Assembly: GCF_006345805.1 (NCBI RefSeq)
Contig: NC_043022.1
Coordinates: forward strand, 13,702,001-13,766,000
DNA length: 64,000 bases
From: Octopus sinensis
Taxonomy: Eukaryota
Reading direction: 5' to 3'
The position numbers and the translations under genes are program-made. Below, piece by piece: positions 55,988 through 64,000 of this stretch (position 1 is the stretch's first letter; each line of letters opens with the position of its first letter). The notes beneath the pieces were generated by a model. That model had not been told where the DNA came from. It made no database searches and saw nothing but the letters and a program-made list of their open reading frames with translations.

Positions 55988-56108
55988 CTTTATTTAAAAG
56001 CAGCAGAAATATAACAAAAGCTGTTACCCAGAGTTTCACATCCGACAAACGGGAACGTAAAACTCTGAGTAACAGCTTTTGTTATATTTCTGCTGCTTTT
56101 AAATAAAG
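55988..56108. repeat. Fold-back inverted repeat, 52-bp arms, hammerhead remnant at the axis
   Basis: Arms differ at 2 positions. Centre reads CCGACAA-ACG(ggaa)CGT-AAAA-CTCTGAG-TA-ACAG. The downstream tail 56105-56180 matches 85-160 in reverse. Confidence 0.9.
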
Positions 56109-56179
56109 CATATTACTCTACTTCTGGTATTTTAGTACTCTTTTTTCCACCTTGTTTCACATTTATGTGCTTACTCCAG

Positions 56180-56221
<42 letters not shown>

Positions 56222-56368
56222 GGTCTCGCAGAGGTGATGCCATGTGACCAAGAACTTTGGTGATATTCTGTGTCTGAGAAGACTCATCAAGTCAAGTGAT
56301 ATCGTAATCATGGCCGAATGGTCTAGCATATAAAAATCTGAAGATTCAGTAAAATTGTATTATATACA

Positions 56369-56568
56369 TATGAGAGGGATGACCACTATGTGGACAACCT
56401 TTATGCTAGAAGTAGATCCGCTATGGTCTTAGCACCAAGAAATGTTCTCAAGAACATTGGTTTTGGTTGTTTTTCTAAATATTTCTTGAGAACATTTCTT
56501 AGTGGTAAGACCATAGCGGATCTACTCCTAGCATAAGGGTTGTCCACATAGAGGTCATCCCTCTCATA
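56369..56568. repeat. Fold-back inverted repeat, ~86-bp arms, 28-nt loop
   Basis: Near-perfect arms. Arm termini resemble the 3' end of the hammerhead element at 14317-14530. Confidence 0.9.
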
Positions 56569-56569
56569 C

Positions 56570-56605
<36 letters not shown>

Positions 56606-56681
56606 GTATATACTCTTGAGCACCACCAGCAAAAATATTTTTTTCCTCTGTCTTCCCTTCTCGGGATCTTTCCTTCTCCTT

Positions 56682-56716
56682 GTTTCCGACGAAGAGCTCC
56701 GCTCGAAACGTTAAAC
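56682..56716 (+). ncRNA. Minimal hammerhead motif with U4C core change (family also at 14945-14979 and 28127-28161, both G8A)
   Basis: GTTT-CCGACGA-a-GAGC(tcc)GCTC-GAAA-CG-TT-AAAC inside a ~190-bp repeat flanked by (TA)n. Confidence 0.6.
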
Positions 56717-59700
56717 CTTCCTGAGCGTCAAATAATACTTTAATTGTTCCACGTCCTCACGTTGCTGTGTTTTTTTCTGTGTTTTCTTGTTTGGATTAAC
56801 TACATATATATTATATATATATATATATATATACATGTGTGTGTGTGTATAAGCAGTCAGTATAATTTTGTAAACAACCAAACAAAAGCAGAAATATTAT
56901 TGAACTAAGAGAAAAAAAAAATTTAATTCCAATATAATTTTGCTCCTCTTTTCACCATTTTTTCTTAGAATTTTATTCCACGTTTCTTTATTAATTCTTT
57001 ATTTTTTTTTTTGTTCGGAACAATATATTTCCAAGTCCATTAACATTTCAAGAACTTCCCGGTCGTATCTTCTGAGTGAAATGGTTTTCATGCTTGTTGA
57101 TGGTTGTTGTTGTTGTTGTTGTTGTTGTTACCATTTTATCCTCGACAAGAATTGTAAGGAGGTGGGCTGGCAGAATTGGAAGAACATAAAAAAAAACCAA
57201 AAAACAAACGCTTTGCAGTGTTTTTGTTCTGATTCTGTACTTTGTGAATTCGAAAACTGCCAAGGTGAACTTTGCCCTTTCATCCATCTGGGTGTTGATA
57301 AAATAAAGTACCAGTAATACTACTGGGGTCGACGATATTGACTAACTAATCCCTCCCCTCAAAAATTGCTGGCCTTGTGCCTAAATCTGAAACTATCATG
57401 TCAGGTTTTGAAAAGGTGTTGAGCTGGCAGAATCGGTAGAGCGTCAGAAAAAATGCTTTGTGGTATTTGTTCTGACTCTTTACATTGCGAGTTCAAAACC
57501 CATCGGGGCCAACATCACTTTCCATCCCTCTCTAGGGGGATAAAAATAAAGTACCAGGCAACTAGTATCAACCAACCACAATCCCTTCAGAATTATTGGC
57601 TTCGTTGCCTCAATCAGATACCAGTAATTAACAACAATCATGAGAATACTCTCGTATCTGTTTCTCATTCATTATTGCTGGACTTCAAACATTTTTCAGC
57701 ATTGAGCTGTGATTTCTTCACCAAATAGTTTGGCCATGCCATTTGCTGTTAATCTCTTTTGCTTGTGTGTTCCATCCACTTGTTGAATTTTGCATTAAAT
57801 CTTGGTATTTAACCTGCGTCCATTACAAATCTGGTTTGGATGCGGAAACTCTATGTAAGATGGTTGTTTTTCTATCTAGCTTTGTGTTGTGTTCTACATA
57901 TATATATATGTATGTATGTTTGTATTTTGCTTAGCCATTTACAAGACTAATAACCTGGTGTAGAACTCAATATATGTGTAGTCCAGAACACAATGTTAGA
58001 TGAGTATAGTGTGGTAATAGGAACAAAGGTTATGTAATGAACTCCATTGGGTTACAGTTGTTTCTGCTGTTAGACGTGGAGGACTCTTAGATGAGTACCT
58101 GGGTAATGTCCAATAGCTTCACCAGAGCTTTGAATAATGAATGAAGTTCATTACATAAACTTTGCTTTTTCTGGTGTCATCTCTTTATATGTATGTATAT
58201 ATGTATGTATTTATGTATGTACATACGTATGTATGTACATACGTATGTATGTCCGTATGTATGTATAATCATTGTAGCAGAGCATACTTTGAATTTCTCC
58301 AGCATCCATGTTAAAAGCATTCTTCTTACCTGCAGGAATCGTACAATTATCTAATGAGAACATACCTTCTAAAATGGCTGATGGAGAAATTCGAAGGAAT
58401 TCTTTGGTACAATGGTAGAACATCTGCCGTGTTTACAGATGAAATGAGTTCATGTCCCACAAACAGCCTTCGTCTTTTTCTGTCCAAACAGTCTTCTTTT
58501 TTTTTTTTTTCTCAAACTTGCTATAATTTGTAGCTTTATCTACTACAAGTTCCACTGTCAAAAAATTATTTCCCATTTCTGATTTGTATAACATCTCATA
58601 TATGTATATATATATGTATATATATGAATGTTTGTATGTACTGTATTGTTATCCATTGTTATGGCTGCTTCTTACTGTAAAGACATGTCCACAGATTAAC
58701 AAAGCGTGGTGCTTATACGTTCAACGGAACTTACAATTGCAAAAGCAATGAACCTTAAAAATTCTCCATGCTTGCATATAAATTCATAATCCTACTGGAC
58801 ATTTTGAAGTTTCTTCAGCTGCCTCTTGTGATGTGTTTTAAAGACGAGGCTAAAAGTGTTTGCGTTTTTGTACAATTAAGATTAGTACATGTTTGTGTTT
58901 ATGATTCAATGCAGTTATAAAGAAATTTCATCAAAAGGAATTGTAACAAATTCATCTGTTCTATAGCCATGATGGCTTTGGTGTTTTGTAAACAAAAAAG
59001 CATCCTGGTTGTGGACCTATATAACTCTATGCATCTTTGTATGTGATTAGTTTATTTTTTATTGAGCATTGTATTATTTTATTTATGCATATCTACATAC
59101 ATATATACATACATGAAGAAAAAAAAATATATATATACTAAAAATAAGATAGATATATATAGGAAAAAAAAAAAAGGTCGGCAATGCCTGTGCAGAGTTT
59201 TAGGTCCAATAAGGCTTGCACAACACCTCATAGACCCTCTCCACTCTATTGACATTATCCAGAGACAAGCCGGAGCAAGATGTCTGGTGCCAATATGAGT
59301 CGCAGGCTCAGGGATGTGGGAGCGCAGTGATCTCTAGCACAAACCAAAGATCCCCAAAATGTTCAATGCCATTCCCTGCATATCTGGTTTTATATCAGAG
59401 TGACCTTCTCCTATATATATACATATATACATACATACATACACGGAAACAAACAAACAAAACAAGTGATGTTTTGAAAACATTTAATACATACGTTTCA
59501 GATCATTACATAATATATAAGAAATATATCCCTTACACAAGATCTTCCTCAGTTAATATATTTCAAAATATTTTGAAATTTATTAACTGAGGAAAGTCTA
59601 GCATAAGAAATGTATTTTCTGTTATATATTTATGCAATGGTCTGAAATGTACATGTTAAATGCTTTCAAAATATTGTTATTTGGTTTAATTTCAATATTT

Positions 59701-60013
59701 TATCTGATACGACTTGATGTCAGTACAGACTAGCTTGTCCTGGCTCCATTAACATGGATATTTCCAATGAGGATTTGGAGTAATTTGTTCCATTTGACTG
59801 GAGTCAGAAATTCTGATATTGTGCATTGTTTCTAAGCATAACACAAAATATATTTGTTTTCATTTTATTTCTCTGTTGTTGCATAATTGTACACAAAACA
59901 CAACCAGGCAGAAAGGAAAACAAGTATTTGTGAATAACAAGTTCAGATAACCCTGAAAATTAAGATTTGTCTTGGAAGCTAGATGTGCATGCATCTATAT
60001 ACATATATATATG

Positions 60014-60055
<42 letters not shown>

Positions 60056-60159
60056 ATGTAAGCAAGTTGTCTAAAAGTCTATAGGTGTTGTATATCTGCC
60101 TATAGAGTGGGTACATTATCCAAAGTGTTCAGTATTATATATCCATCACAGCTAATCTT

Positions 60160-60237
60160 AATAATTGGTTTCATGCTAGGGTTACAATGGAGTGTAAGGT
60201 AACAATCCAGTTATATAACCCTACGCTCATCAGAGGA
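60160..60237 (-). ncRNA. Decayed hammerhead-like motif with long stem II
   Basis: Minus strand has CTGATGA, a TAGGGTTA/TAACCCTA stem and GAAAC. Stem I is not recoverable. Confidence 0.35.
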
Positions 60238-60475
60238 AACTGATATGGAATGAAATACGGTGACTATATATACACACATACACACTAATTATTCGTGGAT
60301 TAACAATGCTACCATTGCTTTCATGAAGAAGAAATTGTGCAGTGATTAAGCATTCTATCTCCATCTTAGACAAGACTGAATAATCCACAAATGAAGGATA
60401 TATTTATTTATTTACCAAACCATTGCTGTGTTTAGCATTCATTCTAACTATCTGCCATTACTGTTTGAGTGTGTA

Positions 60476-60513
<38 letters not shown>

Positions 60514-60520
<7 letters not shown>

Positions 60521-60807
60521 ATCACGTGACCGACCAGACCATCAGATGTTGTTACACATCGCTGGTCACAATGTGCTTCACATTGTTTTAGCCTTCGAAT
60601 GACGCAACCCTGCTGGCTAAGCGAGCAGGCCAACAGAAGAAAGAGTGGTGTAAGAGTACAGCAGGGATCACCACCCCCTGCTGGAGCATCGTGGAGCTTT
60701 TAGGTGTTTTCGGTCAATAAACACTCACAATGCCCGGTCTGGGAATCGAAACCACGATCCTGCGACCGCGAGTCCGCTGCCCTAACCACTAGGCCATTGC
60801 GCCTCCA
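60514..60807 (-). mobile_element. tRNA-derived SINE family D; also ~10531-11285(+) and 53540-54160(-)
   Basis: GGAGGCGCAATGGCCTAGTGG...GGTTTCGATTCC head with a shared body. Confidence 0.8.
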
Positions 60808-60901
60808 CATATATATATATATATATATATATGTAGGTCCTGGGTTGATTCGGGGTTAACCACAGTAATAAGGTACTCAATACATAGCAGAGTAAAATTA
60901 A

Positions 60902-61019
60902 TTATTATATAGAAGGAGCTTCTACAGGACTAGAACTGTTTCATTCAAGAGAAATCTTCCTGAAGATTTCTCTTGAATGAAACAGTTCTAGTCCTGTAGA
61001 AGGTCCTTCTATATAATAA
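60902..61019. repeat. Near-perfect 58-bp palindrome with a 2-nt loop at the hammerhead C3U4
   Basis: One mismatch between arms. Loop plus right arm reads CTGAAGA-TTTC(tctt)GAAT-GAAA-CAGTTCTAG-TC. Confidence 0.9.
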
Positions 61020-61022
61020 ATA

Positions 61023-61055
<33 letters not shown>

Positions 61056-61061
61056 TATATG

Positions 61062-61328
61062 TTGATTGAAATCAATAGCTGGTTGCTATAGATTTTGTAA
61101 GAATATATTCGCAGCTATTCAATCAGAATTTGAAGAATGAAGGATGACAACTTTGCCATTTAGATTACGCGAGTATGGCATGAGATTCTGCAAGATTCTG
61201 GATACGGTGAGTTATTGACAATCCATACTCTCAGTATTTAAATGGCAGAGCAGAGTTGGCATCCATTATGCAAATCCTGATTGAATATTTGCATAAAATC
61301 TACGGCATTGACTACTGATTTCTGTCAA
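61062..61328. repeat. Long imperfect fold-back (old MITE-like)
   Basis: Nested complementary blocks gaaatcaatag/ctactgatttc, attcaatcag/ctgattgaat, tgccattta/taaatggca and gagtatgg/ccatactc. Confidence 0.7.
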
Positions 61329-62244
61329 AAGAATGTTCATCCACCCATGCAGTAGAGAGTACCATTTCCAACTGTGTCACACATATATATACATATGTAT
61401 ATATATACATATACATAGGTATATATATATATATATATATGTATATGCAAAACTCAACTTGTGTATGTACCATTTCCAACTGTGTCACACATATATATAC
61501 ATATGTATATATATATATACGTATATATATGTATATATGTATAAGCAAAACTCAACTTGTGCATACTATAGACACAAGCAATACATGAGCACTGGAATGT
61601 AAGACCAAACTTTAATTTAAAAAAAACTGCTGAAACAAAACTCCAAAAGCCCAGCAATAATAAGAACATTGTTCGAATAATTCTTATGTAGAATAAAAAA
61701 GATTAAAAAAAAAAACAGAAATGCAAAATAACAATAGGGATGATTTCATCTTCTCAATAAGACAAGCAAAGTCTTCCTGTATTGATGAATCTCACGGTTT
61801 ATTGTTCCAAAGAAATTTATAAATGACTGAGGAAAGATTTAAAATATTTAATAAAAAATATAAAACTGGAGTCTATTCTTGCTTCTTGTTTTCAATAATT
61901 TGTTGTGTTTTGTCCTGGGGGGGTCGATTTGCTTGACTAAAGGCGGCGCTCCAGCATGGCCACAGTCAAATGACTGAAACAAGTAAAAGAGTAAAAGAGA
62001 ATAAAGAGGTCAGTTTGTTCTTCTAAAACTTGTCAAGGACGTGCCCCAGCATGGCAGCAGTCCAGTTGTTGAGCTCAGTAAAAGGTCAAAGGAAAAGGAT
62101 AGAATCCGACAACAGACAATTCCTCCGAGTAAAAATGGTTTGACAAAACTTCTGGAAGCTTGTCATCTGTTTTGTACCTGTTTCAAACCAAAATCTCAGT
62201 CTTGTAATATACTCTGCCATGGTTCCTTCTACCCAAGAATTTCA

Positions 62245-62974
62245 TTAACCCTTTCGTTACTGTATTTCTGTTGAGATGCTCTGTGTTTCTTTCAATTACT
62301 TTAAATATAACAAAGAATTTAGTAAAATAACTTAGTTATCATTCAGCTAGTGTTAGGAACATAAACTGTGACTAAGGTTTAGTGGAAGATTTTAATTCAA
62401 AACTTATGAAATCAAGACATTTGTACTCAGAGCCAGAGCTGGTTTCAGCTGGGTTGGTACTGAAAGGGTTAAGAATTGTTTCTCTATTATATATTTTAAC
62501 CCTTTCGTTACTGTATTTATTTTGAGATGCTCTGTGTTTCTTTCAATTAATTTAAATATAACAAAGAATTTAGTAAAGTAACTTAGTTATCATTCAGCTA
62601 GTGTTAGGAACATAAATTGTGACTAAGGTTTGGTGGAAGATTTTAATTCAAAACTTATGAAAACAAGACATTTATACTCAGAGCCAGAGCTGGTTTCAGC
62701 TGGGTTGGTACTGAAAGGGTTAAGAATTGTTTCTCTATTATATATTTTAACCTTTTTGTTACCATATTTCGGTTGAGATGCTCTGTGTTTCTTTCAATTA
62801 CTTTAAATATAACAAAGAATTTAGTAAAATAACTTGGTTATCATTCAGCTAGTTTTAGGAACATAAATTGTGACTAAGATTTGGTGGAAGATTTTAATTC
62901 AAAACTTATGAAAACAAGACATTTGTACTCAGAGCCTGAGCCGGTTTCAGCCGGGTTGGTATCGAAAGGGTTAA
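62245..62974. mobile_element. Three tandem piggyBac-type MITEs (251-bp period)
   Basis: TTAA|CCCTTTCG...GAAAGGG|TTAA units at 62249, 62500 and 62751, with identical spacers. Confidence 0.85.
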
Positions 62975-63636
62975 GGGTACAGTAAAGAATCGGTGTTGCT
63001 ATCATACAAGTGATGGGGTTCGTTTCCATTCTTCTGCAGAAACACGTCTGGTTGAAGGGAAACAAAACCTGGTTTAGAATCAGGAGAGGGTTGATGACAG
63101 GTAAGGCATCAGGTGGTTGAAAATATGTCCTGAATAATTCCATTGCACCCATGCAAACATAGAAATGGGAATGGTAAAATTATGATACATATATGGATGT
63201 GTGTATGTGCACATGTGTGTGTGTGTGTATGAATGTGGTGGGGGTGTTTGTTTTTCCCTAACCTGTCTGTCTTTTGTTTTCTGTACAGATAAAATATTCT
63301 TTTCTTATATATATATATATATGTGTGTGTATGTAGAAATTGGTAACATGAAACTCTGAGTAACAGTTTCTGAAGATATTTTGAGCTTCAATAAAAATCA
63401 TATGTGTGTATGTATATATATATATATTTATGTATATGTGTGTGTGTATGTGTATGTATGAATGTATGCATATATATATATATACACACACACATATATA
63501 TATATGTATAAATGTGTGTGTATATGCATACACATATATACATATGCACACACACACACACACATATATATGTATGTATGTATGTGTGTGTATATATATA
63601 CATACATATACACACGATACAATTGTAAATCTATTG

Positions 63637-63696
63637 TGAGTCACCTGAAGATTGCAGTTGAAAAACTTTGAGGAGTGACTCATGCTGACTCACCTG
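63637..63696. promoter_or_regulatory. Cluster of three AP-1 (TGASTCA) motifs, one extending to an ARE/CNC-Maf site
   Basis: TGAGTCA 63637-43, TGACTCA 63676-82 and 63686-92. TGCTGACTCAC spans 63683-93. Confidence 0.35.
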
Positions 63697-64000
63697 TGGA
63701 TATTAATCCATTCTCGCAATCAACTTTGAGTACTTTTTTATAGCTAATTGCTAGGCACACCTGTGTGAAGCCATAGTCATATATAATATATATATGTATA
63801 TATTGTGTGTGTGTGTGCATGCATATATATACATACAAAGGTATAATATATATATACATATATATTGATATATGTATATGCATATACACAGATGTATTTA
63901 TACATGTGTGAGTGTGTGTATGTAATGGTATATTATATATATACATATATACACACACAAATCTATTTTGGCATGGTTTCTACGGCTGCATGCCCTTCCT

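Noticed and set aside
58211-58490. Possible coding exon (either strand) around ttacctgcag
   Set aside because: Splice-like signals are present, but no frame gives a recognisable protein and no partner exons were found.
60730-60807. tRNA gene candidates (also 45428-45490 and other SINE heads)
   Set aside because: A/B boxes continue into repeated SINE bodies, with no complete cloverleaf or terminator.

Overview
Repeat-dense (AT/CA/CT microsatellite-rich) animal genomic DNA. The SINE and LINE repertoire points to an octopus (coleoid cephalopod); this is inferred from repeat families. Almost all ORFs in the supplied track are microsatellite artefacts. One real protein-coding gene is supported: a five-exon, + strand, atypical ARF-family small GTPase (31142-41207, about 260 aa). 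It lacks the Gly2 myristoylation site, has WDIGSR in place of WDVGGQ, carries a ~85-90 aa C-terminal tail, and has two RFX X-boxes ~5 kb upstream. The rest is tRNA-derived SINEs, CR1/L2/RTE/Penelope LINE debris, mariner/Tc1/hAT/piggyBac MITEs and two Helitron-like copies. The most striking signal is about 20 minimal type I hammerhead-ribozyme motifs in short Penelope-like tail elements embedded in (TA)n. Together they show all four Watson-Crick versions of the catalytic-core 3-8 pair (C-G, U-A, A-U, G-C). One family is fused to a tRNA-derived Pol III head, and several long fold-back hairpins have their symmetry axis at or next to the ribozyme. All calls were made by eye, and no ribozyme activity is demonstrated.
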